The notes beneath the pieces are model-generated. The model was not told the origin of the DNA. It saw nothing but the letters and a program-made list of their open reading frames with translations, and ran no database searches. Positions 50,314 through 59,766 of a stretch of 64,000 bases of DNA are shown here, piece after piece. The stretch lies in contig JAIYAM010000026.1 of the NCBI GenBank assembly GCA_027489065.1, positions 70 through 64,069 on the forward strand, read 5' to 3'. The number at the start of each line of letters is the position of its first letter. Positions within the stretch are counted from its first letter, which is position 1. A program made the translations under genes and the position numbers. The stretch is from Erythrobacteraceae bacterium (lineage in GTDB: Bacteria; Pseudomonadota; Alphaproteobacteria; Sphingomonadales; Sphingomonadaceae).

Positions 50314-50664
50314 TCATTTGCGGCTGAGCTCGACGATGTCGTGCTCCTTGAGCTTGCCGTCGGTCACCTGCGTGCGAGCAAAATGATCATCGATGATCTC
50401 GGTGATCTTGACCTCGCCAACCTTCACCCGCTTGTAACTCGTCTGCTCGGGTCGGTGCGCGTGCCGGTACTCAACCCGGTAAACATCCAGAACCTGACCG
50501 GTCTGCGCGCCGTCGGCCTTGCCGATGCAGATCACCGGGCCCGTATCCTCCATCGCGACGACGTGTCCGCGCATGAAAAAGCTGTGCCCCATGCCCTGGG
50601 CGATCGACGGTGAAGCGCTGATCAGCGCGGCGCCGATCAGCAGGGATGCGAAAATTTTCTTCAT
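50314..50664 (-). CDS. Small secreted beta-rich hypothetical protein
   Basis: Signal peptide (SIA-Q), MGHSFFMRGH N-terminus, GGAG RBS; first gene after the MerR-type promoter. Confidence 0.7.
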   Translation of the reverse strand: MKKIFASLLIGAALISASPSIAQGMGHSFFMRGHVVAMEDTGPVICIGKADGAQTGQVLDVYRVEYRHAHRPEQTSYKRVKVGEVKITEIIDDHFARTQVTDGKLKEHDIVELSRK

Positions 50665-50811
50665 GTCACGTTGCTCCTTCGAAAAAGGCCGCCGCCGCTG
50701 TCGCAGCCAGCGATTAAACCGTTAATCATGCACGCATAATCAGCACTTTGGGCAGACATACGTCGGGGCGAGAAGGCGCATGGTCCATGTCTGATCGCAG
50801 CACCGAACGGG

Positions 50812-50843
50812 CTTATGCACCTTCGACCATGGTCATAGGTCAA
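50812..50843 (-). promoter_or_regulatory. MerR-type promoter/operator of the leftward operon
   Basis: Minus strand TTGACC-N20-CATAAG with a 22-bp palindrome ACCTATGACCATGGTCGAAGGT (18/22 symmetric). Confidence 0.75.
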
Positions 50844-50905
50844 GGGAAATCTGGATCATTGATCTTCGTCAAAATGCGATCAGAAAAAATCCCAAAAATC
50901 GAACA

Positions 50906-50937
50906 TTGACCCGGGACCGTAGTCCGGAGGGTAGAAC
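50906..50937 (+). promoter_or_regulatory. Second MerR-type promoter, upstream of csp
   Basis: TTGACC-N20-TAGAAC sharing the GACCnTnGTC core with the divergent operator. Confidence 0.5.
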
Positions 50938-50978
50938 GCCAAACGACCTGACAAAGGTCTCAACTCGTTTGGAGAAAG

Positions 50979-51314
50979 ATGATGTCGAACAACCATCTCG
51001 ATTGCCTTGCCGCATGCAACGCCTGCGCAGATGCCTGCGATACTTGCACCGTCTCATGTCTCAGGTCAGATCATGTTGAGGCCATGACGCGATGCATCGA
51101 GCTCACGCTCGATTGCGCAGCCCTTTGTCGTCTCGCGGCTAGTTTCGTCGCGCGCAAAAGCAGCTTCGCCAAGCAGCTTTGTGCGCTCTGTGCGGAGGTA
51201 TGCGAAAGCTGCGCCGCTGAATGCGGACAACATGCTCATGATCACTGCCAGGCTTGTGCAGCTGCATGCCGCATATGTGCCGACGAATGCCGCAAAATGA
51301 TCGCAGCTTCCTGA
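50979..51314 (+). CDS. Four-helix-bundle copper storage protein (Csp/DUF326, cytosolic type)
   Basis: Dense CxxC and CxxxC repeats along helices (CLAACNACADAC...CAAECGQHAHDHCQACAAAC); no signal peptide. Confidence 0.9.
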   Translation: MMSNNHLDCLAACNACADACDTCTVSCLRSDHVEAMTRCIELTLDCAALCRLAASFVARKSSFAKQLCALCAEVCESCAAECGQHAHDHCQACAAACRICADECRKMIAAS

Positions 51315-51510
51315 TCCAGCCGAGGTCGCCGTCGCTCGGTTACCCGGACAACGGCGACCTCATTCACCAACTACATCGATGGGCAACGAAGCGGCGCGAC
51401 AAGCGGTCGCGCAGTCTGACTTCTTCTGGTTCTCGAGGCCAGAGATGTTTACATCCTGCTCCGGCAGAAGTGCAAAAATCCTGGAATTCAGAAATCTGTC
51501 CTCGTAGAAG

Positions 51511-53862
51511 TCACAGAGAAATCTGTCGAAGCCGCAACGAATTGCCGATCACGCTCACCGAAGACAGCGCCATGGCCGCAGCAGCAATGATGGGTGACAG
51601 CATGATCCCGAATACGGGATAGAGTATTCCCGCTGCCACCGGAATGCCTGCGACATTGTAGGCAAAGGCAAAGAACAGGTTTTGGCGGATGTTTTTCATG
51701 GTAGCATGGCTGAGGCGGCGAGCGCGCACAATCCCGGTCAGATCACCTCTCAGCAAGGTTACGCCGGCGCTCTCGATCGCGACATCGGTCCCCGAACCCA
51801 TCGCGATACCCACATCTGCGGCCGCCAGTGCCGGTGCATCGTTTACTCCATCGCCGGCCATGGCGACGATGCGTCCTTCATCCCGCAGCCGTTTCACGAT
51901 CGCGCTTTTCTGATCCGGTAGCACATCGGCTTCAACATCCGCAATGCCGAGACGCCGGGCGATTGCTTCGGCGGTGACGCGATTGTCACCTGTCAGCATG
52001 ATGACATGAATGCCTGCTTGAGCCAGAGCAAGGAGCGCTGCGGGCGTCGTCTGCTTGACCGGATCGGCGATGCCGATGGCGCCGGCAGCCTGGCCGTCGA
52101 TGCCAAGAAAAATGGCTGTTGCGCCCTCACTGCGCAGGTCATCTGCGCGCTCCGCAAGGGCGCCGAGCTGGATGCCCTGTTCGCCAAGAAAACGAGCATT
52201 GCCCGCAACGAGGCTGCGGCCATCGACCTGGCCGATGATGCCCTTGCCGACGGGTTGATTGACATTGGTCGGCTCGCTGATCGCGAGGCCTCTGATTTCG
52301 GCTTCGCGTACAATCGCCAACGCCAGCGGATGTTCACTACTGCGTTCAAGACTGGCGGCAAGGCGAAGAAGATCGTCCTCATCGAAGCCGCGAGCGGTTT
52401 CGATAGCAACGACAGCCGGCTTGCCTTCCGTCAGTGTTCCGGTCTTGTCGACCACCAGCGTGTCGATCTTCTCCATACGCTCGAGGGCTTCAGCGTTCTT
52501 GATCAGAATCCCGGACTGAGCGCCGCGACCGACGCCCACCATTATCGACATGGGCGTGGCAAGACCGAGTGCACAGGGGCACGCGATGATCAAGACGGCT
52601 ACCGCCGCAATTAAGCCATAACCCATAGCCGGTGACGGTCCGACCAGTGACCAGGAGACGAAGGCTATAGCAGCGACAGCGATGACTATCGGCACAAACC
52701 AGCCAGAAACGGTATCGGCAAGCCGCTGGATCGGCGCCCGGCTTCGCTGAGCATCCGCGACCATCTGGACAATGCGCGCGAGCATGGTGTCGCGCCCGAC
52801 TCGTTCCGCACGCATGACCAGACCCCCGGTCTGATTGATTGTGCCGCCAACCAGTTTGGAACCTGCTTCCTTGGTGACCGGCATCGATTCGCCTGTGACC
52901 ATGGATTCGTCGATCGTGCTGCGGCCCTCGACGACCGCGCCATCGACGGGCACTTTTTCTCCCGGACGCACGCGCAACGTGTCGCCGACCAGGACCTGGT
53001 CCAGCGCAATCTCTTCATCGCTGCCATTATCGCGAACACGGCGAGCGAGCTTGGGGGAGAGATCGAGCAATGCACGAATCGCGCCGCTGGTCGTCTCCCG
53101 GGCCCGCAATTCAAGCAGCTGGCCAAGCAAGACGAGCACCGTGATAACCGCTGCGGCTTCGAAATAGACAGCAACCGAACCGTCATCGGAGCGAAACGCT
53201 GGCGGAAATATTCCCGGCACCAGAGAGGCGGCCATGCTGTAGATCCAGGCGACCCCGGTCCCCATGGCAATCAGCGTGAACATGTTGAGACTGCGACTTT
53301 TGATCGATGCCCAACCGCGCTCGAAAAATGGCCAGCCCGCCCACAAAACCACGGGTGTTGCCAGCACCATCTGGATCAGGTTTGCAAGGTTTCCGTCCAG
53401 AACATGACGCAGGCCTGTCATGTGCCCACCCATTTCGAGCGCGACCACCGGCAAGGCGAGCACGAGGCCGATCGCGAAGCGGCGCTTCATATCCTTGTAT
53501 TCGTCCGATGGCCCATCGCTGAGGGTCGGGGTCATTGGCTCAAGCGCCATGCCGCAGATCGGACAGCTTCCTGGGCCGGACTGCTGGATCTCCGGATGCA
53601 TCGGACAGGTCCAGATTGCGCCTTTTGGAACGAGACTGGGCAGCTGGGGGGAATCGCTTATGTACCGGCCAGGATCGGCAGTGAACTTAGTAAGACAGCC
53701 CGCGCTGCAGAAAAAGTGATGGGCTCCAGCATGGGTCACGACATGCTTTGTGGTTTCAGGATTGACCCTCATCCCGCAGACCGGATCCGTCGCCATCTTT
53801 TCTGCCGTGGAGTGAGGATCAGCATCCTCACCATGGTGACGCACTGTCTCGGTCATAATCAT
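51511..53862 (-). CDS. copA: Cu(I)-translocating P1B-1 ATPase with YHS and CPMH domains
   Basis: DPVCGM...FCSAGC, TCPMHP, CPC, DKTGT, HP, GDGVND, YN and MALSS transmembrane motifs. Confidence 0.95.
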   Translation of the reverse strand: MIMTETVRHHGEDADPHSTAEKMATDPVCGMRVNPETTKHVVTHAGAHHFFCSAGCLTKFTADPGRYISDSPQLPSLVPKGAIWTCPMHPEIQQSGPGSCPICGMALEPMTPTLSDGPSDEYKDMKRRFAIGLVLALPVVALEMGGHMTGLRHVLDGNLANLIQMVLATPVVLWAGWPFFERGWASIKSRSLNMFTLIAMGTGVAWIYSMAASLVPGIFPPAFRSDDGSVAVYFEAAAVITVLVLLGQLLELRARETTSGAIRALLDLSPKLARRVRDNGSDEEIALDQVLVGDTLRVRPGEKVPVDGAVVEGRSTIDESMVTGESMPVTKEAGSKLVGGTINQTGGLVMRAERVGRDTMLARIVQMVADAQRSRAPIQRLADTVSGWFVPIVIAVAAIAFVSWSLVGPSPAMGYGLIAAVAVLIIACPCALGLATPMSIMVGVGRGAQSGILIKNAEALERMEKIDTLVVDKTGTLTEGKPAVVAIETARGFDEDDLLRLAASLERSSEHPLALAIVREAEIRGLAISEPTNVNQPVGKGIIGQVDGRSLVAGNARFLGEQGIQLGALAERADDLRSEGATAIFLGIDGQAAGAIGIADPVKQTTPAALLALAQAGIHVIMLTGDNRVTAEAIARRLGIADVEADVLPDQKSAIVKRLRDEGRIVAMAGDGVNDAPALAAADVGIAMGSGTDVAIESAGVTLLRGDLTGIVRARRLSHATMKNIRQNLFFAFAYNVAGIPVAAGILYPVFGIMLSPIIAAAAMALSSVSVIGNSLRLRQISL

Positions 53863-53987
53863 GTCCCTTGGCTAGTCTGCTGCATGTTGCGACACGATCT
53901 CGGCCCAGCAGCCGAGAGATTCGTCGCCAATCCAGCGTCATTGACGCCTGGCCTTGTCTCTCAATGCTCTGCCATCAAGACTCGCTC

Positions 53988-54419
53988 CTAGTAGCTCTTG
54001 AAGATTGTCGGCCTGGCTGTACCAAAAGCAAAGACATGGTATCTGTCTCTTGGGCGGCCCGGTGCTTCCATTCCCGGCGAACCGAGCGGCATGCCGGCCA
54101 CCGCCAGGCCCTTCACGCCCTTTGGCTTGGTGGTAAGAACGCGCTTCATGTCGGCAATGGGGACGTGACCTTCAAAGGCCATGCCGTCGATCAGCGCGGT
54201 ATGGCACGACACAAGGTTTGCGGGCAGACCAATCTTGCGCTGCAAGTTTGATCGTTGCCGGTCATCGATGACCTGGACTTTGCGACCGAACGCCGAGCGC
54301 ACCTGTGCGGCCCACTTTTCACAACATCCGCAGCCCGGATCACGGTGCATGACGATGTCGTTAGCCGCCAAGGCGGATGACGACATCAGAGCGAGCAAAA
54401 TCGCGAACGTCTTGACCAT
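53988..54419 (-). CDS. DUF411 (CopG-like) periplasmic metal-binding protein
   Basis: RDPGCGCCEKW, SCHTA, EGHVP, GMPLGSPGME. Confidence 0.88.
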   Translation of the reverse strand: MVKTFAILLALMSSSALAANDIVMHRDPGCGCCEKWAAQVRSAFGRKVQVIDDRQRSNLQRKIGLPANLVSCHTALIDGMAFEGHVPIADMKRVLTTKPKGVKGLAVAGMPLGSPGMEAPGRPRDRYHVFAFGTARPTIFKSY

Positions 54420-55093
54420 TAGTGCAATCCTTTCATGATGTCTTCACTGCTTGGCACAACAAAGATCGAAATCGTCCCTGTCGGCGTATCCAACTGATAG
54501 CTTGGTGAGACCGTGCGGCCACCAAGCTTTTCGAGCTCCGCCTCAAGGAAACCTTCGACATGGGGCTGGGTGTCGGTCTGTCCGTCTATCAACTGGATAA
54601 TCCGAAAGGCTTGTCGCATGATCCAATTGGTAGGCCGGGCGTAATCGGCAACGAACACTTTGCCGCCGGGGGCAGCAGCGGCGAACATCGCGGCGAGCCC
54701 CGTCCGCTTTCCCTCGAGTGGCACCTGATGGAATACGAGGCTCGACACGACCTTGTTGGCCGGGCCGCAGGCTACCGCATCCTGCGCGAAACCCTTCTTC
54801 CATTCGATGGAAACGCCTGCGACTGCGGCTTTCTCTCTTGCGATCGCCAAGGCTTGCCCGTCAGGGTCAAGGCCAATGATGGTGGCTTGGGGTTCGCGCT
54901 GCTTCATGAGGATCGCAAGCGATCCGGTCCCGCACCCCACATCGAGGATCGTTTCCCCAGCCTTGGGGTCAAGCAGATCCAGCAAGGCACTGCGCCAGCG
55001 ACGTTCGCGCGTCAGCAGTGCCACGCCGCGGTCATACAATTTTGTCGACGCAAATCGGCCTGCAGCCGGAGTGAAAGTTGGGGTTTCGCTCAT
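54419..55093 (-). CDS. Class I SAM-dependent methyltransferase
   Basis: ILDVGCGTG, IGLDPD, VSSLVFHQV, VFVADY; likely ATG at 55093. Confidence 0.88.
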   Translation of the reverse strand: MSETPTFTPAAGRFASTKLYDRGVALLTRERRWRSALLDLLDPKAGETILDVGCGTGSLAILMKQREPQATIIGLDPDGQALAIAREKAAVAGVSIEWKKGFAQDAVACGPANKVVSSLVFHQVPLEGKRTGLAAMFAAAAPGGKVFVADYARPTNWIMRQAFRIIQLIDGQTDTQPHVEGFLEAELEKLGGRTVSPSYQLDTPTGTISIFVVPSSEDIMKGLH

Positions 55094-55166
55094 GCTGCAT
55101 CCTCGTACTGTCAATCACGGCAAGTCGCCGACTTTGCGATCGATCCCGTTGTCCACACACACACTG

Positions 55167-55193
55167 ATACGCATGTCGCCGCATTATCCCTCA
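55167..55193 (-). promoter_or_regulatory. ECF-sigma promoter (CnrH-like), leftward
   Basis: TGAGGG-N16-CGTAT on the minus strand, upstream of the methyltransferase-DUF411-copA genes. Confidence 0.7.
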
Positions 55194-55215
55194 CGATGGT
55201 TGGGCAAAAATTTCT

Positions 55216-55242
55216 TGAGGGATCTTATCATAAGATGCGTAT
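55216..55242 (+). promoter_or_regulatory. ECF-sigma promoter (CnrH-like), upstream of the anti-sigma/sensor/sigma operon
   Basis: TGAGGG-N16-CGTAT, same motif and spacing as at 55167-55193 and 56759-56785. Confidence 0.7.
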
Positions 55243-55269
55243 GTGAAATGAACGTCCGGGAGATTGTAA

Positions 55270-55548
55270 ATGTATGACCTTGACCATTCGCTGCGGGCCC
55301 TTGCTGCACAGCCCATTCCCGCGCATCTCGCTATGATCGACGAGGCCGTGTTCGCAGGTCTGGAGGCACATCGGCGCGAAGTTGGTGCCGGATCCCGGCT
55401 GATGGGCCTGGCCGGCGCGTTTGCATTAGTGCTCGGCGTCATCTCCGGTACATTGGCGGATGCCAGCCCCGCGATAGCCCAGCCACTTTCGCCTTTTTCG
55501 CCTGACAATCCCCTGGCGCCCTCCACGCTGCTGGACGTTCATGCATGA
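55270..55548 (+). CDS. CnrY-like single-TM anti-sigma factor
   Basis: 92 aa, one central TM, C-terminal LSPFSP.NPLAPSTLL; first gene of a three-gene ECF operon. Confidence 0.65.
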   Translation: MYDLDHSLRALAAQPIPAHLAMIDEAVFAGLEAHRREVGAGSRLMGLAGAFALVLGVISGTLADASPAIAQPLSPFSPDNPLAPSTLLDVHA

Positions 55549-55985
55549 CCTGGACAAAGCGACTGCTTGTGATTGGGCTTGTTGCATTCGGGGCAGCTCT
55601 CGGGGGCACGTATCTTGGCCGTGAGCTGCTTGCGAGCACAGGCGAGGACGAGACGGAGTTGCATGCGCTCCTGCACAGCGAGCTTGACCTTGACGCGCAG
55701 CAGGCGGCAAAAATCGAGTTGATTGAACGCCGTTTTTCAACCCGCCGGAAAGCACTCGAGCTCGAGATGCGCGCCGCCAATGCCCATCTTGCCGAAGCGA
55801 TGGAGGCCGAACACGGCTACGGGCCGGAGGTTTCGGCTGCGGTCGATCACACCCATCGGGTAATGGGCGAACTGCAAAAAGAAACGCTGGAGCATCTTTT
55901 CGCCATGCGTGCGGTGCTTACGCCCGACCAGGCAGCACGGTTTGACCGTACCGTAACAAAAGCGCTGACACCAGAAGTGCAGTGA
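55545..55985 (+). CDS. CnrX/NccX-like periplasmic heavy-metal sensor
   Basis: N-terminal TM; LHALLH, IELIE and TLEHLFAM reproduce the H-x3-H / E / H-x3-M ligand pattern of CnrX. Confidence 0.8.
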   Translation: MTWTKRLLVIGLVAFGAALGGTYLGRELLASTGEDETELHALLHSELDLDAQQAAKIELIERRFSTRRKALELEMRAANAHLAEAMEAEHGYGPEVSAAVDHTHRVMGELQKETLEHLFAMRAVLTPDQAARFDRTVTKALTPEVQ

Positions 55986-56548
55986 CTTTCCCGCTCAGCC
56001 AGGGGAGCGACAGCGAACTCGCGGTTCTCGCGCTTGCTGGTCGTCAGGATGCTTACCGGGAGCTGCTGGCACGCTACCGTGAGAAAATCTTCCGGTTCGT
56101 GGCTGCGTTGGTTGGGGATTCCCAAGAGGCAGTAGACCTCACGCAGGAGACGTTCGTTGCAGCATTCGCTGCACTTGGAAGATATGACCATGACCGACCA
56201 TTCCTGTTCTGGCTGAAGCGTATCGCGCTCAACAAGTGTCGCGATTGGTCGCGAAGACGAAAAGCCCGGGCATTTTTCGTTCGGGCGGAACCGCTCGAGC
56301 TGGCATTTGAAGTCGCTGATGACGCCATATCCGCCGATGTGCAGGCAGAGAGCCGGGCTGAACTGAAGCGGGTTTCAGCCGCTATCTCGCGCCTTCCGTC
56401 ACGGCTCAGGGAAGCGCTCGTGCTTCGCACGATCGATGGGCTAAGTCAGTCAGAAGCGGCTGCTGTCCTGGGGGTAAGCGAAAAGGCGGTCGAGACGCGT
56501 CTGCATCGCGCGCGAGCCCGATTGAAAGCAAATCTCGAAAGCAAATGA
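55982..56548 (+). CDS. ECF RNA polymerase sigma factor (CnrH-like)
   Basis: DLTQETFVAAF, WLKRIALNKCRD (region 2); LSQSEAAAVLGVSEKAVETRLHRAR (region 4). Confidence 0.92.
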   Translation: MTFPLSQGSDSELAVLALAGRQDAYRELLARYREKIFRFVAALVGDSQEAVDLTQETFVAAFAALGRYDHDRPFLFWLKRIALNKCRDWSRRRKARAFFVRAEPLELAFEVADDAISADVQAESRAELKRVSAAISRLPSRLREALVLRTIDGLSQSEAAAVLGVSEKAVETRLHRARARLKANLESK

Positions 56549-56758
56549 CCACCGGCCGCCGAATTTAGGCGCGGGGACTATGGCTGATCCCGAGTGAGCC
56601 AGTGCGTCTCGCCGATAAAGCTGGTCATCGTCATGCAAAGCGGCCATCGCAAGCAAGTGCGCTGATCGCCCCGAGCTGACGCCTATCCTGCGCAGCAGCC
56701 GATTCCGCCCTGCTAGCATAGTTCACCACTGCAAAAGTCGAGAGACGCGAAAAAAATT

Positions 56759-56785
56759 TGAGGGGTGTCCGGATCAGGCGCGTAT
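56759..56785 (+). promoter_or_regulatory. ECF-sigma promoter of copABCD; transcript possibly leaderless
   Basis: TGAGGG-N16-CGTAT; the ATG lies 7 nt after CGTATA with no SD. Confidence 0.7.
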
Positions 56786-56793
56786 ATGCTTGT

Positions 56794-58671
56794 ATGAACA
56801 CTCCGATCCTTACCCGCCGCCACCTGATTGCAGGCCTCGGTGCCGCGTCAGCCTTTGCCACAGTGCCTGCCTGGGCGCAGGGTCACAACATTCACCGCGA
56901 TCAGGGAGGCGGTCACGGTCGGGGTGGCCCGCTCATTCCTGCTGGGTTCGGTGAGCTTTCCGGCGAAGTGATCGATCTGACCGTGGCCAGCGGTCATCGC
57001 ATCGTCGAAGGACGGCGTGGTCCCGGTGTCGCGGTCAACGGGAGCGTACCGGGTCCCTTGATCCGCTTGCGCGAAGGGCAGAACGTCCGTCTCAATGTCA
57101 CGAACAAACTGGGTTCGGACACGTCAATCCATTGGCACGGCCTGCTCGTTCCATTTCATATGGATGGTGTTCCCGGCGTGAGTTTCCCTGGCATTCATCC
57201 CGGCCAGACATTCAGCTACGAATTTCCGATCCGGCAGGCGGGGACCTATTGGTATCACAGCCATTCAGGCCTGCAGGAACAGTCGGGGCATTATGGCCCT
57301 CTGGTTATCGATCCGTCTGGTCCGGAGCCTGTCGAATTTGACCGGGACTACATTCTGCTTCTCAGCGATTTCACGGTGCTCGACCCGCATTTCATCATGA
57401 GCCGTTTGCGCACCGGTGAAGGCTATTTCAATCGCCAGCAGAGCACCTGGACCGACGACTATCCGCTGTCTGCGCAAGAGCGACGCATGTGGGCCCAAAT
57501 GCGGATGATGCCCACCGATATCATGGATATCGGCTCTCCGACCTACACCTTCCTTGCCAATGGGCGAGGGCCGACCGAGGGGCTTGAATACCTGTTTCGT
57601 GCCGGTGAGCGCGTGAGGTTGCGGGTCATCAACGGCTCGGCGCAGAGCTTCTTCAACGTCCGCATTCCCGGCTTGGCAATGACCATCATCGCCGCAGATG
57701 GCCAGAACGTCCGGCCGGTTGAAGTCGATGAATTTCAGATCGGCACGGCAGAAACCTATGACGTGATTGTCACGCCGGGCAATGCCGAGGCCTATGCCAT
57801 AGTCGGTGAGTCGATGGATCGGTCGGGAATGGCGCTGGCCATGCTGGCGAGCCGTCCCGGAGCGCGGGCGGATGTCCCCGCTCTGCGCGATCCACCGCTG
57901 CTGACGATGGGCGACATGGGCATGGATCACGGCTCGGGCGGCATGGACCATAGCGCGCCTTCTGCCGATACCGGTGCCAAGGAAGCAATGGGTAGTGTGG
58001 GCCCCATGGACCATGCGGCGATGGGTCATGCCACACCAGATGCATCAATGGGCGCTTCGGATGACACTATGGCCGGAATGGCAATGGGCGGCATGAGCAT
58101 GGCCGGCATGAAGATGCGCGACACAACACTGCTGCCTCCCGATGTCAAGGTCGGCCCGGGCGTCGACATGGTTTCGATGTCTCCGGTGGACAAGATGGGA
58201 GATCCCGGTCTTGGCCTGCGCGACGTGGATCACCGCGTGCTCAACTATCGCATGCTGACGGCGCTTGAGCCGAACCAAGACACGCGCGAACCTTCGCGGC
58301 TCCTCGAGCTGCATCTCACGGGCAATATGGACCGCTACATGTGGTCTTTTGACGGAAGAATGTACTCTTCTGTCAGTGATGTTCCAATCCGCTTCGCCTG
58401 GAACGAGCGGGTCCGGGTGAAGCTCATCAACAATACCATGATGGCGCACCCGATCCATCTTCACGGCATGTTCTTCGAGCTGGTCAATGGTGCCGAGCCA
58501 GCCCATCAGCCTCGAAAGAACATCGTGATCGTGCAACCGGGCGCCAGCGCTCAGTTCGACCTCACTGCCAACGAGCCGGGTGACTGGGCGTTCCACTGCC
58601 ACCTGCTTTACCACATGCACGGCGGCATGATGCAGACCGTGACCGTGGTCGGCCCGGGCGGTGCAGCATGA
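56794..58671 (+). CDS. copA: Multicopper oxidase CopA/PcoA (Tat-exported)
   Basis: Tat signal TRRHLIAG; HWHG, WYHSH, HPIHLHG and HCHLLYHM; Met/His-rich insert. Confidence 0.95.
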   Translation: MNTPILTRRHLIAGLGAASAFATVPAWAQGHNIHRDQGGGHGRGGPLIPAGFGELSGEVIDLTVASGHRIVEGRRGPGVAVNGSVPGPLIRLREGQNVRLNVTNKLGSDTSIHWHGLLVPFHMDGVPGVSFPGIHPGQTFSYEFPIRQAGTYWYHSHSGLQEQSGHYGPLVIDPSGPEPVEFDRDYILLLSDFTVLDPHFIMSRLRTGEGYFNRQQSTWTDDYPLSAQERRMWAQMRMMPTDIMDIGSPTYTFLANGRGPTEGLEYLFRAGERVRLRVINGSAQSFFNVRIPGLAMTIIAADGQNVRPVEVDEFQIGTAETYDVIVTPGNAEAYAIVGESMDRSGMALAMLASRPGARADVPALRDPPLLTMGDMGMDHGSGGMDHSAPSADTGAKEAMGSVGPMDHAAMGHATPDASMGASDDTMAGMAMGGMSMAGMKMRDTTLLPPDVKVGPGVDMVSMSPVDKMGDPGLGLRDVDHRVLNYRMLTALEPNQDTREPSRLLELHLTGNMDRYMWSFDGRMYSSVSDVPIRFAWNERVRVKLINNTMMAHPIHLHGMFFELVNGAEPAHQPRKNIVIVQPGASAQFDLTANEPGDWAFHCHLLYHMHGGMMQTVTVVGPGGAA

Positions 58672-59750
58672 ACGTCCGGCCCCTCGTCTCACTCTTCCTT
58701 GCGGGAGCGTCCCTGAGCGCAGCACCGGCGATGGCCCAGCATCAGGGGCATGCCATGCCAATGCCGATGCCGCCACCGGCGCCGGCCCCGAGTCCGGCTC
58801 CCGCACCGCAGCAGCCAGATCCCCACGCCGGGCATGTGATGCCCGATCGTCCTGCGGCATCCGAAGAGGAAACGGTCGATCCGCACGCAGGCCATGCCAT
58901 GCCCGAAGGATCAATGCCGGCTCCCGATGCCATGGCCGACATGAAGCAGGAAACCATGGATCATAGCGCCATGGATGGCGCCATGCCTGCCTCGCCCGGG
59001 CCCGAGATGGAAACCCCCCCGCCGCCAGAGGCGGGGAGCGGTCCTCCGCGCGCCGCCGACGCCATCTGGGGCGCCGATGCAATGCGGGCCTCGCGAGACG
59101 ATCTCAGGCGCGAAAGCGGTGATTTCCCGGTTTTCTGGTTTCAGGGTGATCGTTTGGAAATCCATGCCCGCGAGGGTGCAGAAGACTACATCTGGGATTT
59201 TCAGGGGTATTACGGCGGTCCAACGAGCCGGTTCTGGTTCAAAACTGAAGGTGAGGGAGCCTTCGGCGACAAGCCCGAAAGCGCTGAGTTTCAAGCCCTC
59301 TATTCACGGGCGATCAGGCCATTCTGGGACCTCCAGGCCGGCGTGCGCCAGGACCTCGCAGGACCCGATACGACCTATGCCGTTCTGGGCATCCAAGGTG
59401 TTGCGCCCTATCTTTTTCAGGTTGATGCGGCGGCTTTCGTCTCACAACGCGGCGACGTTACGGCCAGAATCGAGGCAGAGCTTGACCAGCGCATTACCCA
59501 GCGCCTGATCTTCCAGCCGCGTGTTGAGATCAACATGGCTGCCCAGGACATTCCGATCCTTGGCGTCGGAGCGGGGATCGACAAGGTCGAGGCTGGCTTG
59601 CGTTTGCGTTACGAGATTATCCGCGAATTTGTGCCTTACATCGGGATCGAACAGACGTGGCGCATTGGCAACGGCGCGGACTTCGCCCGCGCCCGCGGCG
59701 AGGATCCGAGTGCCACCAACTATCTTGTCGGCATCCGGTTTTGGTTTTGA
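58668..59750 (+). CDS. copB: CopB/PcoB outer-membrane copper resistance protein
   Basis: His/Met-rich N-terminus, WFKTEGEG, LQAGVRQD, GLRLRYEI.REF.PYIG, C-terminal RFWF. Confidence 0.92.
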   Translation: MNVRPLVSLFLAGASLSAAPAMAQHQGHAMPMPMPPPAPAPSPAPAPQQPDPHAGHVMPDRPAASEEETVDPHAGHAMPEGSMPAPDAMADMKQETMDHSAMDGAMPASPGPEMETPPPPEAGSGPPRAADAIWGADAMRASRDDLRRESGDFPVFWFQGDRLEIHAREGAEDYIWDFQGYYGGPTSRFWFKTEGEGAFGDKPESAEFQALYSRAIRPFWDLQAGVRQDLAGPDTTYAVLGIQGVAPYLFQVDAAAFVSQRGDVTARIEAELDQRITQRLIFQPRVEINMAAQDIPILGVGAGIDKVEAGLRLRYEIIREFVPYIGIEQTWRIGNGADFARARGEDPSATNYLVGIRFWF

Positions 59751-59766
59751 AATGAAGGAAAATCCA

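Noticed and set aside
54419-55093. Arsenite methyltransferase arsM
   Set aside because: Lacks the conserved multi-Cys pattern and sits in the copper cluster rather than the ars cluster.
55154-55164. (CA)5 tract near the leftward ECF start site as a phase-variation switch
   Set aside because: Too short, and outside the -35/-10 spacer.
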